Shown piece after piece: positions 16,188 to 26,331 of a DNA stretch of 51,368 bases. The DNA lies in the NCBI GenBank assembly GCA_020060105.1, contig JAGVAV010000025.1:1-51368 (forward strand). Reading direction: 5' to 3'. The translations under genes were made by a program, and so were the position numbers. Within the stretch, counting starts at the first letter, position 1, and every line of letters starts with the position of its first letter. Under the pieces are notes generated by a model. The model was given only the letters and a program-made list of their open reading frames with translations. It was not told the DNA's origin and ran no database searches. The stretch comes from Candidatus Woesebacteria bacterium. Lineage in GTDB: Bacteria > Patescibacteriota > Microgenomatia > Woykebacterales > 2-01-FULL-43-14.

Positions 16188-17906
16188 TCAATCGCGAACC
16201 CCGAAATTGATTTTTTGGGGATCCCAAGAAGTAATTTGCGAATTAAAGGAAGGGATTTGAGAAAGATCGTAGTTTTTTTCCCGAGCTAACTGTTCAATGT
16301 GGTCTTCTTTTATTTTGTAAAGTCTTTCTTTCTTGTTCTCCAAAACCAGGGTGTAATAATGATTGAAAGTATCGGAATTTGCCCACTTTTCGGCGATCGG
16401 TTTTGTCAATTTAACTTGGTCACTCGGATTTTCCATAATTACCCACCGGGAAAACAACCAGGGCCGGTCAAGAACCTGTTGATAAAAACGGTAATTTCCT
16501 TCATAAATGTAAGCACTCAAGGGAAGATTCGCCTCGGCTAAAATCGGGTCGTTATTGGCGCGGGATAATAAAATTTTTCCAAAGTCATAGTTTTGCTCAA
16601 GATAACGAGCCACTTCAAAGTGGTCTTGCGTAGGAACGTTGATGTTTAATTTGATTACTTCAAACTTTTCTAAAAAAACCACCGAGTAAAATTGGTGTAA
16701 ATTAAGAGCGCCTAAAGTTACAGTGAAAAAAATTACCGGAATTAAACTAAGGAAATTTACAATATTTATCACCTTTTTATTCTTAAGGTCGCCAAACTTT
16801 TGAAGAGCAAGCCCAATTAAAGCTGTTGGGGCCATCACGACAAAGCCAATCCAGGATAAAGTATGACGGTCGTTGTGAAAAAAACCAAACGGCGGAAGTT
16901 CGGGGACAAACATCGACACAGAGCCGGTAAAATTGGCTAACCAAACAAAAAGAAAAGGGCTAAAAAGGATTGCTAAAGTACTTAAAGTCAAAAACTTATT
17001 TTTGGAGACAAACATAAGGAATAAAAAGCTAATTAAGGAGGTAATAACTAAGGGCTTGCCGAGCATATAAAACGAGGCGTAGAGGAGATACTCTAAGGTT
17101 TTGAACAGATTATGTTTTGTCGGGTAAATCTCTTCCGCCGACCCCTTCAACCACCAGCCTCCGCTGGCAAAAATAGTCGGACTGCCGCCAAAGATCCAAC
17201 TATAAATGAGAATAAAAGACAGGCCAACAGCGGCCAATAAGCCAAACAGAATTAACGAAGCTTCCACTTCCGAGTAGCTTTTACGTTGTTTAACAAAGTG
17301 GATTAAGATAATCAAACCGACCAAAGGGATTAGAATAAGGCCTTCAAAACGAGAAAGACTTGCTAAGGTGATAAAAATTCCGCTCAGGAGCAAAGAGCTT
17401 AGTTTTTCTCGCTGTAACCATAAAGCCATAAAGTAGGCAACCCCGAAAAGATTGGCCATAAAAAGAACTTCCATCATCGGCGTTACCCCGTAGTATAAAA
17501 CGTAAGGATTCAGGAGAAAGAGAAGGGCGCTAAGAAATCCACTTAACTTACTTTTAGTTAGGATAAGACACGTTCGGTAGAGAAAAACTGCTCCAAGGAT
17601 TAGGAAAGGTAAGAGAGTAAAGAAACCCGCCAGGCCAGACTTATATAAAGAGTCAAAAAGAACAAAAGGAGACATTAAAATATGAAGTAGGGGAGGCCAA
17701 AACCCAAGTTGGCTGATTCCGGGAGTAAGACTGTCAAAAAGTTGTTTGGAAAAGTTCAAGTGAGCATTTTGGTCAGTTAGCGCTTTCATCAATCCCAGTT
17801 GGCTGACTCGCCAAACCATAAAACCGGTTAAAGAAATCGTCAAAGCCGAGATTCCCAGTTCGATCTTAGAAATTTTGGTTAACCGCCTTCTTAGGTCTAA
17901 CAGCAT
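16188..17906 (-). CDS. GT-C glycosyltransferase (family 39-like)
   Basis: Multi-TM; DQNAH, QLGFWPPLLH, TPMME, RFEG. Confidence 0.75.
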   Translation of the reverse strand: MLLDLRRRLTKISKIELGISALTISLTGFMVWRVSQLGLMKALTDQNAHLNFSKQLFDSLTPGISQLGFWPPLLHILMSPFVLFDSLYKSGLAGFFTLLPFLILGAVFLYRTCLILTKSKLSGFLSALLFLLNPYVLYYGVTPMMEVLFMANLFGVAYFMALWLQREKLSSLLLSGIFITLASLSRFEGLILIPLVGLIILIHFVKQRKSYSEVEASLILFGLLAAVGLSFILIYSWIFGGSPTIFASGGWWLKGSAEEIYPTKHNLFKTLEYLLYASFYMLGKPLVITSLISFLFLMFVSKNKFLTLSTLAILFSPFLFVWLANFTGSVSMFVPELPPFGFFHNDRHTLSWIGFVVMAPTALIGLALQKFGDLKNKKVINIVNFLSLIPVIFFTVTLGALNLHQFYSVVFLEKFEVIKLNINVPTQDHFEVARYLEQNYDFGKILLSRANNDPILAEANLPLSAYIYEGNYRFYQQVLDRPWLFSRWVIMENPSDQVKLTKPIAEKWANSDTFNHYYTLVLENKKERLYKIKEDHIEQLAREKNYDLSQIPSFNSQITSWDPQKINFGVRD

Positions 17907-19464
17907 AATCTTCCTTTAGTTTGATTAGCGATTCCTTAGTGGTTACCAGACCTTCATGAGTTGTCTTTTCCCACTGAAACGGTCTAAAAACGACCTGAAA
18001 CAACGCTCTAAAAGTTGCGAAAGCCAAAAGCAGCCAGTAGAAAGGGGAAAGGAGGCAGTATTTGACTAAGGCAAATCTTCCCCTTTTGAAAACACCAATA
18101 AGATTTAGATAAACGAAAATAAAGTTTCCAACCACAAAAGTAAAAACGGAAAGGTATAAAATTGGTCCGGGGAAAAAGTCTTGAATCAAATTCGATTGAG
18201 TGGTCACCCAACCAATTAAAAGAAACCAATAAAAAACGTTTAGGACATTAATCAGGACAGTTCCAGGAACGGTCAAACAAAAAGCCAAGAAATTAATCCA
18301 ACCGCCCAATTCTTTCTTTAAATGAAGGGGGTATCGAAGATGGACTAAACTAGTCTGAATAAAGCCCTTCATCCACCGAGAACGTTGTCTGATCCAAGCC
18401 GTAAAATGGCTCGCCGCTTCTTCCTTGCTAACTGAGTCAATAACGTCAACCTTGTAACCGAAGCGGTGTAAACGTATTCCGATATCGCAATCTTCTGTCA
18501 CGTTGTAGGGATCCCAAGCCCCAATTTTTTCCAAGACCGATCTCCGAAAATGGGTGCTGTGTCCCGAAAGAGGAATGGGAAAGTTAAGCTTTTGTAAACC
18601 GGGGAGAAAGAGGTCGTAGTAAAAAGAAAATTCGGCGTTAAAGAGACGAGTCAAAATGTTTTGTTCGCTGTTGTAGTGATCAAGACGGGGTTGGAGACAA
18701 CCAATTTTGGGGTATCTCCTAAAGGCCAAATACGCTTTCTTAAGCTGGTCGGGATCCGGGATAATCTCCGCGTCATAAACCACCAAAAACTCTCCTCTAG
18801 CCTGAAGAAAGGCAACGTTTAAAGCCTTCGGCTTGGTTTTCGGACTAACGTTTGGCAAAATCAACGCCTTAAAATGTTTCGGCGGATTGGCTTTGATAAA
18901 AGCGTTAATCGTTTCTATATCGTCTTCTTCCAAAGTGATAATAATGTCTAATTTATCTACCGGATAATCTATAGCGGCTAAGGCTTCAATAGTTTGAGGC
19001 ATTACTTCACTTTCCCTAAGAAGCGGAATTAAAATCGTATAGACAGGGAGATCTTTATCCTCAAGACTGGAAATTTCTTTTCGCCTAAAATAAATTGGCT
19101 GGCGGGAAAAGGAAAAAGAAACCGCAACTAATTTAAAGACCATAAAAACAAGATAAAAAGTGGCAAGGAGTCCAGAAACCGCAATTAAGACTGGTAAGCT
19201 TAAAACTTCTTTTGAAAAAAACAATAAACCCAAGATTAAAAGAGTTGAAAAGATTATCAGAGAGATAGTTTCTTTGGAAAGGGTCCTTTTTGCACTAAGA
19301 TCTCTGCTGATAAAAAGATAATCTCGACTGTTATCAAAATTAACTTTTTCTAAGCCCACTCTCCCTGGATAATCTAAAAAGTGGAAAGTTTTTTTAACGG
19401 CAAGTTTAAGATATCGCTTAATGATTTTTGACCCCATGAGATATCCTCTTAAGATTTTTTTCAT
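17866..19464 (-). CDS. processive GT2 (cellulose-synthase-like) glycosyltransferase
   Basis: KPKALN, YDAE, TEDCD, QRSRWMKG motifs plus TMs; alternative start 19437. Confidence 0.92.
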   Translation of the reverse strand: MKKILRGYLMGSKIIKRYLKLAVKKTFHFLDYPGRVGLEKVNFDNSRDYLFISRDLSAKRTLSKETISLIIFSTLLILGLLFFSKEVLSLPVLIAVSGLLATFYLVFMVFKLVAVSFSFSRQPIYFRRKEISSLEDKDLPVYTILIPLLRESEVMPQTIEALAAIDYPVDKLDIIITLEEDDIETINAFIKANPPKHFKALILPNVSPKTKPKALNVAFLQARGEFLVVYDAEIIPDPDQLKKAYLAFRRYPKIGCLQPRLDHYNSEQNILTRLFNAEFSFYYDLFLPGLQKLNFPIPLSGHSTHFRRSVLEKIGAWDPYNVTEDCDIGIRLHRFGYKVDVIDSVSKEEAASHFTAWIRQRSRWMKGFIQTSLVHLRYPLHLKKELGGWINFLAFCLTVPGTVLINVLNVFYWFLLIGWVTTQSNLIQDFFPGPILYLSVFTFVVGNFIFVYLNLIGVFKRGRFALVKYCLLSPFYWLLLAFATFRALFQVVFRPFQWEKTTHEGLVTTKESLIKLKEDYAVRPKKAVNQNF

Positions 19465-19661
19465 TACCTGAAAAAGATCGCCAGCTTAAGCAAAAAGACT
19501 TAGTGAGAAAAAAATTTTGTCCGTTTTTGAGAGGTTTGTTATAAAAACTATTTTTGTCATACTGATATTATTTCTTCAACAATCGAGCGAAAAGAAGGAA
19601 CTTTACTCTAGGGAGAATTATTATCATTGACAGCCTATACAGTTTATGCTAGTCTGAATTT

Positions 19662-20729
19662 GTGTTGAGGGCAAACTTAACCGGTCTTTTATCTAAAATT
19701 AAGTCCTGTAGGAACCATAATTTTATCTCCCTGCCAATTTTATCTTTAATAATTTTAGTCGCAGGTCTATTTGTTTTGAGCAAGCAGGAAAAAGAGGGGG
19801 CGAACCTCAAGCCGAAATCGGCCAACTTAAATTCCGTTTCCATAGAACCTAGCCGGAAAATTGAGTCAAAAAAATTTACAGACTCGTCAGGGTCGGCTGA
19901 ACCAGTAACTGCTCCTTCCATTATTGCTTCGATATCGGCTTTAGTCATCCCAAATTCTGAAAATAATTCCCTCCTAAAGGAAGAGCCTTCAAAATCTACT
20001 GTTAAAGGGGTTGAAAAGTCACCCGAATCCCAACCTGCTCCCACAGCCGAAAACAAGTTAGAAAATTCACCTCCAGCGCCTCCTTCCAAATCAGGCTCGG
20101 AAAGGTTTGTCACATTAGCTCCGGGATCTTCGCTTCCAGGAGAGGAAGAATGCGCTGGTAAAGTGACGCGTTCTAATTGGGAACCGAGGCCAGAAAATAA
20201 GGCTCCCAACTATACTTTGGTTAGCGGCTTCACTCTCCAACCTTGGACCGGAGTGGATGAAAGAGCTAATACTCAAATAAAACCGAGAGTCACCGGTAAT
20301 TTCACCGGAACCACTGATGAAATCCTGCAGTGGGGAGCCTGTAAATGGGGGTTTGACGAAGACACGGTCAGAGCGGTGGCGGTGATTGAAAGTTGGTGGC
20401 GGCAGTCAACTGTCGGAGACAATGGTGAAAGCTTTGGCCTGATGCAAGTAAGAAATGTTAACCAAAACGGGACCTACCCCTATTCCCAAAACAGTACCGC
20501 CTTCAATGTTGACTACGCCTTGGCTTCTAGAAGAGCCTGCTACGAAGGCTATCTTAGTTGGTTGAATGATGTTTTGCCCGCTGGTGCCTCCCGATATCTT
20601 GCTGGCGACGAATGGGGCTGTATCGGTGTTTGGTTCTCCGGACGCTGGTATGATCAGGCGGCGATTGAATATATCAATCGAACCAAAGGATACTTTAACA
20701 ATAAAGAGTGGCTTAAACCCAATTTTTAG
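19662..20729 (+). CDS. membrane-anchored lytic transglycosylase-like protein, paralog of 13793
   Basis: TM, Pro/Ser-rich linker, TTDEILQWGACKWGFDEDTVRAVAVIESWWRQ..FGLMQV. Confidence 0.72.
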   Translation: MLRANLTGLLSKIKSCRNHNFISLPILSLIILVAGLFVLSKQEKEGANLKPKSANLNSVSIEPSRKIESKKFTDSSGSAEPVTAPSIIASISALVIPNSENNSLLKEEPSKSTVKGVEKSPESQPAPTAENKLENSPPAPPSKSGSERFVTLAPGSSLPGEEECAGKVTRSNWEPRPENKAPNYTLVSGFTLQPWTGVDERANTQIKPRVTGNFTGTTDEILQWGACKWGFDEDTVRAVAVIESWWRQSTVGDNGESFGLMQVRNVNQNGTYPYSQNSTAFNVDYALASRRACYEGYLSWLNDVLPAGASRYLAGDEWGCIGVWFSGRWYDQAAIEYINRTKGYFNNKEWLKPNF

Positions 20730-22003
20730 TTATCTTTGGATCTAAAGTCAGTCAAAGTAAATTCTTCAAGCTCCCGGACTCCGCCAAAAGCCACCCGATC
20801 CTTCACTGTCTCGCCCGCTTCTAGCATTAGCGCTGGGGTAATGGTGAAATCTCCCCATCTTTCGTTAATTTTATCCAATGCTCTAACCAAACTTAGTTTC
20901 TTATCAGCATCTTCAAAAAGTTCCAGTTGAACAGAACCGACCGCCACGAGATTGAAACAAGACACGGCGAGCTCTCTGACCGATTTAGAGTAAGGGCTTC
21001 TCAGGAAAATCTTATACATTTGCTTGTAAATGTCACGAGAATCGAAAAGAGGTTGAGACAAAGTCATTCCCTGATGCCAAAAAGAGTAGTCGCTGTAAAG
21101 GATTGAAACATGAACTCCTCTGGCCATGTAACCGGCTTTTCTCATCCGGAAAGAAGTCTTCTCAATCAGCTTTTGTAAGATAGGGGAAAGCTCTTCGGAA
21201 GTAGTAAGCCCTTTTCCTAGAGCTACCGAATTACCGAAACTTTTTCGGGAAAATTCCACATCATCAACTTCCCAACCTCTTAGCCTAAGATACCAGTAGT
21301 AACCAACAATTGAGCGGAAGGCCCCGACATTGGTTCTCACTCCCGCCTGATAAAAATCTAAAACGGTGTGGATACCAAAGCTGTTAAGACGAGAAATATT
21401 ATTACTTTTAATTCCGCAAAGGTCTGCCAGTTTCAGCTTTCGGTAAACTTCCAAAAAGTTAGCCTGATTTATTTCGTCTAACCCATCGGGTTTACGCAAA
21501 CCAGCGGCAGTTTTGGCCAAAAAACGATTTGGGGCAATACCAATAGAAACTCTGAGCCATTCTCCTACTTCTTCTTTGACTCTTTTCTTAATCTCTTCGG
21601 CAACAACAGTCATCCCCTTTCGAAAAGCAGGGCAGCCTTCTAAATTAAGGGTGAATTCGTCAATGGACTTGGGAGTAACATCGTTGGTGTAGGTTTTCAG
21701 AAGATTTCGAAACCTCAGATGAACAGTACGGTATTTCCAGGGGTCGGGAGTCAAAACAACCAGCTTCGGATAAAGCAGCCTTCCTTCTTTGACCCTCATA
21801 CCTGTTTTAATTCCGTATTCTTTGGCCTCAACGGAAGGAGCGATAATACAGCCGCCAGGACTAGTATAAGCGGCAACGGCGATCGGTTTTCCTCTTAACA
21901 AAGGATTAGCCTGCTGTTCAATAGAAGCGAAACAAGAGTTTAGGTCAATATGCATAATGGTTGAAGGCTTAGGGTTAAAAGAAAACTCAATCTGGTAATC
22001 CAT
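20726..22003 (-). CDS. dinB: Y-family DNA polymerase (DinB/UmuC-like)
   Basis: HIDLNSCFASIEQ, SIDE, SIGIAPNRFLAK, KPDG; LDKINERWG tail. Confidence 0.9.
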   Translation of the reverse strand: MDYQIEFSFNPKPSTIMHIDLNSCFASIEQQANPLLRGKPIAVAAYTSPGGCIIAPSVEAKEYGIKTGMRVKEGRLLYPKLVVLTPDPWKYRTVHLRFRNLLKTYTNDVTPKSIDEFTLNLEGCPAFRKGMTVVAEEIKKRVKEEVGEWLRVSIGIAPNRFLAKTAAGLRKPDGLDEINQANFLEVYRKLKLADLCGIKSNNISRLNSFGIHTVLDFYQAGVRTNVGAFRSIVGYYWYLRLRGWEVDDVEFSRKSFGNSVALGKGLTTSEELSPILQKLIEKTSFRMRKAGYMARGVHVSILYSDYSFWHQGMTLSQPLFDSRDIYKQMYKIFLRSPYSKSVRELAVSCFNLVAVGSVQLELFEDADKKLSLVRALDKINERWGDFTITPALMLEAGETVKDRVAFGGVRELEEFTLTDFRSKDN

Positions 22004-22247
22004 CGGAAATTTCCTCAACTAACCAAGAAAGATTATCGGTGTTTAAGACAAGCCTAAAAAAGAGGCTCTCGCTGGAAACGGAAAAGACGTGGTAAAGAGT
22101 TCGCCCATCTCGGTAAGTGTGGTGAAGGCCGATTTTGGTGATCTTATGAACTTTTCCTTCCCAAAGAAGATGCTTCGGAAAGGACTTCCTTCTTTTGTGA
22201 TCAAAAATTAAATTGACAGAAGCAGGAGCGCTGACTTTTTGGATCAT
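21987..22247 (-). CDS. small conserved-looking protein overlapping the dinB start
   Basis: 86 aa with W..K.H.I..IG...HVFSV...FRL...W pattern; stop overlaps dinB 5' end. Confidence 0.75.
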   Translation of the reverse strand: MIQKVSAPASVNLIFDHKRRKSFPKHLLWEGKVHKITKIGLHHTYRDGRTLYHVFSVSSESLFFRLVLNTDNLSWLVEEISDGLPD

Positions 22248-22389
22248 AGGGATAGGCCAAACAATAACCGAAAGATACCTTTATTGTAAACACAATTAAA
22301 TAATCAGTCAATCCCTCGATAATGCTTCAAATCTAGTTAATTGACAGATCCTACTTCTCTTGATTAAAATCTAAAGTGGAGGTGTTTGG

Positions 22390-23070
22390 TTGATTAAGCT
22401 AAATTCCGTCACTAAAACGTACAAGCTTGGAGATGAAACAATTTACGCTCTGGACAACGTTAATCTTGAAATTGAAAAAGGCGAATTCATCGCCATTATC
22501 GGCCCTTCGGGAAGCGGTAAATCAACCTTGGCCAATATTATCGGAGGTTTAGACACTCCCTCTTCGGGCGAAGTGCTTGTCGATGGCCAAAGTTTAGCCA
22601 AAGCCAAAGACAAAGATCTCTCAAGGTACCGAAATAAAAAGGTCGGCTTCATTTTTCAGTCTTTCAATCTTCAGCCAAACTATACCGCCCTTGAAAACGT
22701 GGAAGTTCCTCTGATGTTTGCTAAAGTATCGGAAGGTAAACGGAAAGCTAAAGCGCTGGAGTGTCTAAAACTAGTCGGTTTGGGCGATCGGACAAACCAT
22801 AAACCAAGCCAACTTTCCGGGGGACAACGCCAGCGGGTAAGCATCGCTCGCGCCTTAACCAATGACCCAGAGATCATCATCGCTGATGAACCAACGGGAA
22901 ATCTAGACTCCAAAAAGGGGGCAGAAATAGTCTCTCTACTAAAGTCCCTCAATAAAGAAAAAGCTCTTACTTTGATAATAATTACCCACAACGCTAGCGT
23001 TGCCGCAGAGGCGGATAAAATCCTTTCTATTCAGGATGGCCGAGTTCAGGAAACGAGAAAGGGGAGTTGA
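22390..23070 (+). CDS. ABC transporter ATP-binding protein (LolD/MacB-like)
   Basis: GPSGSGKST, LSGGQRQR, DEPTGNLD. Confidence 0.95.
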   Translation: MIKLNSVTKTYKLGDETIYALDNVNLEIEKGEFIAIIGPSGSGKSTLANIIGGLDTPSSGEVLVDGQSLAKAKDKDLSRYRNKKVGFIFQSFNLQPNYTALENVEVPLMFAKVSEGKRKAKALECLKLVGLGDRTNHKPSQLSGGQRQRVSIARALTNDPEIIIADEPTGNLDSKKGAEIVSLLKSLNKEKALTLIIITHNASVAAEADKILSIQDGRVQETRKGS

Positions 23071-24518
23071 TGAGGTTTATCGATTACATAAAAGCCGCCT
23101 TCAAAAATCTTCGCCGACAAAAGCTGCGTTCTTTTCTCACCATTATCGCCGTGGTCGTTGGAGCAACCTCAGTGGTAAGCCTGCTGGCTTTAGTTTTCGG
23201 CGCCTCTCAAGTATTTGTAAAACAACTTGAATCAATCGGGGCTTTTAATCAAGTTATTGTAACGGCCAGTAAAGTAGACTTTGAAAGTGGGGGGCCATTT
23301 GGAGGCCCGAGTGAAAGTAGCGAAGAAACGGAGAAGAAATTAGATGATAAGACCGTAAAGCAAATTAAAGAGATTTCTCACGTAGTGGCCGTCAGTCCAT
23401 CGGTTGATGTCTGGTCGATCGAATCAGTTCGGTTAAAGGGTAGTGACAAAAAATATAGACTACGTTTGGTGGCGCACGAACCAAACAAAGCAAGCGAGAA
23501 AACGCTGTTGGCGGGAAGAAATCTATCTGCTAACGACACCACTGGCGTCACTCTCATCTCTACCTATCACTTAAAAAGCTTTGGTTACGAAGAAAACCCT
23601 GAGGGAATTATTGGTCAGAAAGTGATTTTTACGACAAATAAAGGCTATAGCGGCGAGGGAGCAGAGATTCCCGGCCCGCAAGCCTCGAAGGAAGAATGGG
23701 ATAAAATGCAAGAGCGCACCGCGGACTTGGAAGCAGAAGTTGTCGGGGTGACTTCTTCTGGTCCGAGTATGATTGAGGGGGACTTTTATATTCCTCTCGC
23801 TTGGGCTAAGGGAATAATGAGCCACCGTTGGTGGGAAGAAGACGAAGAAGCAAGAAAGAAATTAGAAGCAGAACATGAAAAGCTAAAGGAACAGGGACAA
23901 GAGTTTGATTACGGCAGTCAAAATGTTCCGATGAAAATAAAAGTCGAAAGTGAACTGGATAGGCGGGGTTATAATACACTGGTCGCTAAAGTAGCAGACT
24001 CTGGTAAGACCAAAACCGTTAAAGAGGGGGTCGAAAAACTGGGGTTCGGGGCGATCACCGCCCAGGATATTCTCGATCAGGTAATGCGAATTTTTACTAT
24101 CGTGGGAACAATACTTGGAGCGATCGGGGCAATATCACTCGGAGTGGCCGCCATTGGCATTATTAACACGATGATTATGGCCACTTATGAACGAACCCGA
24201 GAAATCGGGGTGATGAGAGCCTGCGGCGCCACAAAGGGCACCGTCTTAATGCTTTTTACTTTCGAATCGGCCTTGCTGGGATTTTTTGGCGGAATATTTG
24301 GTATCTTCTTAGGATATCTTCTATCTTTCGTGGCTAATTACTTTGGCGCTTCTTTGCTGGAAAGCCAGGGAATAGCGGTTACAAACATCACAGCCATTCC
24401 TTGGTGGCTGTCGTTAAGCGTAGTTGGATTTACCACCTTACTTGGTTTTCTATCCGGTCTTTACCCCGCCTTTAAAGCTTCCCGTCTCAACCCAGTTGAA
24501 GCCTTAAGATACGAGTAG
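23070..24518 (+). CDS. ABC transporter permease (MacB/FtsX-like)
   Basis: LRSFLT, ERTREIG, YPAFKASRLNPVEALRYE; TGATG coupling. Confidence 0.93.
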   Translation: MRFIDYIKAAFKNLRRQKLRSFLTIIAVVVGATSVVSLLALVFGASQVFVKQLESIGAFNQVIVTASKVDFESGGPFGGPSESSEETEKKLDDKTVKQIKEISHVVAVSPSVDVWSIESVRLKGSDKKYRLRLVAHEPNKASEKTLLAGRNLSANDTTGVTLISTYHLKSFGYEENPEGIIGQKVIFTTNKGYSGEGAEIPGPQASKEEWDKMQERTADLEAEVVGVTSSGPSMIEGDFYIPLAWAKGIMSHRWWEEDEEARKKLEAEHEKLKEQGQEFDYGSQNVPMKIKVESELDRRGYNTLVAKVADSGKTKTVKEGVEKLGFGAITAQDILDQVMRIFTIVGTILGAIGAISLGVAAIGIINTMIMATYERTREIGVMRACGATKGTVLMLFTFESALLGFFGGIFGIFLGYLLSFVANYFGASLLESQGIAVTNITAIPWWLSLSVVGFTTLLGFLSGLYPAFKASRLNPVEALRYE

Positions 24519-24530
24519 ACTAAACACCAA

Positions 24531-24567
24531 AAAGAAAAAAGGCAGGTATCGGTCGGAATACCTGCCT
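24531..24567. terminator. terminator between convergent genes
   Basis: AGGCAGGTAT...ATACCTGCCT stem with A run on the left. Confidence 0.6.
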
Positions 24568-24584
24568 AAAGCGATTGGGCAGCT

Positions 24585-24968
24585 TTAACAAGATGGTTTG
24601 TCTTGTTGTCCCCTCTTTAAAAATCGAGGCAACTGCCCTTGCGCTCTTTTCATAACTGACTGAAAAGCAATCATTAGCAAATAACCTACCAACGACAGAA
24701 AGCAAAATAAGGCAATTAACCCCACCCTGGCTGCCTTATCCCACAAATTTACCAAGACCAACTTTTCCAGACCCATAAAATCAATACTTACCAAAAAGGC
24801 AGCAGTGAAAAGAGCTATTGAAAGAAGGGTCAGGATAGTCGATCCGAAAAAAGCTAGCCAGAGAAACACGGTCAGGAAGGAACCTTCTGGCGCACCTGGA
24901 TCATCTCCTAAAAGCAAACATATTACGGCGCCGAAGGCCAAGGCCAGCCCAACTTCCGTCAGTCCCAT
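24585..24968 (-). CDS. hypothetical membrane protein
   Basis: 127 aa, 3 TMs, RBS and TTGACA..TAAAAT promoter. Confidence 0.65.
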   Translation of the reverse strand: MGLTEVGLALAFGAVICLLLGDDPGAPEGSFLTVFLWLAFFGSTILTLLSIALFTAAFLVSIDFMGLEKLVLVNLWDKAARVGLIALFCFLSLVGYLLMIAFQSVMKRAQGQLPRFLKRGQQDKPSC

Positions 24969-25066
24969 TAATCTCTCCCTTCTATTCTCCTTTTACCTGA
25001 TCCTCATTTTAAGCTTCTACCAGGCGTATGTCAAGTTTACTTCTATTCCAACATTTATTTAAATAA

Positions 25067-25099
25067 CCTGCCAACCGAAGCTTTATCGTAGGGTGGCGG
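25067..25099. repeat. REP-like hairpin
   Basis: CCTGCCAACCGAAGCTTTATCGTAGGGTGGCGG; reverse complement resembles the 26719 repeat unit. Confidence 0.5.
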
Positions 25100-25147
25100 T
25101 GTGTATTTGAAAAAATCCGAGCGGCAAATTCTTTTTCCTACACCTTA

Positions 25148-25927
25148 TCAAACTTCTTGTTCTTTCGACATATTTTTGCTAAAGCCATTAGTCGTTAGGT
25201 TAGATAAAACATTAAAAGGCGTTTTTAAACTTCTATTTGAAATGGAAACTCCGTCGTATCCATTTTTTACTGCCACTTGAATACTTTCTACATATTCTTT
25301 ATCTGAATAATTTGATCTGTCTCCAAGTATGATAGGAATTGGGCAAAGTTTTTTTACAATAGAAAAATCTGTACATTTTTCTGGCAATCTAGTTTCAACA
25401 ATATCCACCCCAATTTCGTAGCCAACTCTGGCTGCATATAAAATCTCTTCTAACGAAACCTTTTCATAAAGTTTTCCCTGTTTATTTACATCAACCACGT
25501 ACATCATTGCATAAACAAGCAAGTTATATTTATCTGCCTCGCTACATACTTTCCCTAACATTTCTAGCATTTCTAATTCATGAGAGTTGCCTAGATATAT
25601 TGTTAATGATACGCCGACAGCACCTAAATCCACGGCATCTTTAACTTGAGATATTTGAGATTTGCCTGCAGTAGTGTGTAGAGATGTTGAGCCAGTTATA
25701 TGCAGAAAAAATGATTTTTTTGCTTCTACAAGTTTTTTACCATATGTTTTCACTAAACCTTTATGCATTAAAGGACTACCGAAACTATGTGTTGCAACAT
25801 TATTAATCAAGCTCTCTGTATTTAAAATAAAATCTTGAGGTTGTTTATAAAAACCAAAATCGAGAGGAAGGAAGATATATTTATTAAGTTTGGAGTGAGC
25901 CAATCTATTTAATAATTGTTGTTTCAT
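25148..25927 (-). CDS. divergent DhnA-type class I aldolase-like protein, AT-rich
   Basis: PLDFG, HKG, DAVDLGAVGVS, AARVGYEIGVDIVET; the usual Schiff-base Lys (DIVKT) appears as Glu. Confidence 0.75.
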   Translation of the reverse strand: MKQQLLNRLAHSKLNKYIFLPLDFGFYKQPQDFILNTESLINNVATHSFGSPLMHKGLVKTYGKKLVEAKKSFFLHITGSTSLHTTAGKSQISQVKDAVDLGAVGVSLTIYLGNSHELEMLEMLGKVCSEADKYNLLVYAMMYVVDVNKQGKLYEKVSLEEILYAARVGYEIGVDIVETRLPEKCTDFSIVKKLCPIPIILGDRSNYSDKEYVESIQVAVKNGYDGVSISNRSLKTPFNVLSNLTTNGFSKNMSKEQEV

Positions 25928-25941
25928 AATTCTCTATAGTT

Positions 25942-26139
25942 TTACTTCAATAAATCCTCAACCGAAACGCCTAATGCTTTGGCAATTTTTGACATAACTT
26001 GGACGCTCGGTTTTTTAACAAAATCTCCCTCGATTTTAGCAAAAGTGGTGTGCTTCACGCCCGATTTTCTCGCTAAATCGTCTTGCGTTAGGCCAAGCTT
26101 GTTTCGATATTTTTTGATGTTCTCGCCAATAGTTGCCAT
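25942..26139 (-). CDS. XRE-family HTH regulator
   Basis: IGENIKKYR..LTQDDLA..KIE..PSV..KIAKALGVSVEDLL. Confidence 0.93.
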   Translation of the reverse strand: MATIGENIKKYRNKLGLTQDDLARKSGVKHTTFAKIEGDFVKKPSVQVMSKIAKALGVSVEDLLK

Positions 26140-26141
26140 AA

Positions 26142-26197
26142 TTTCAAAACTTTGATGTCATTTAATCATGGATTATGCTTTCAAATTTATGATATCA
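26142..26197. promoter_or_regulatory. paired operator-like boxes upstream of the XRE gene
   Basis: TTTCAAAACTTTGATGTCA and TTTCAAATTTATGATATCA (15/19 identical), each with a TCAAA-N2-T(T/A)TGA dyad. Confidence 0.45.
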
Positions 26198-26331
26198 AAA
26201 AATTTCAATTCCGTAGAAAAGCCCGCCTCTGACGTTCCGCTTCGCGGAACAAAGACAAAAAATTCAATTTTGCGCCTAAAATCGGCTGGCGAGCCCTCGC
26301 AGAGGGCGAGCCAAACCTTTCTTTTTCCAAC

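Noticed and set aside
19649-20209. 186-aa antisense ORF, and similar antisense ORFs such as 5043-5417 and 48252-48644
   Set aside because: Opposite well-supported genes, with no motifs or RBS.
22248-22320. LexA box upstream of the dinB operon
   Set aside because: No match to the CTGT-N8-ACAG or GAAC-N4-GTTC consensus; a lineage-specific box cannot be established from one site.
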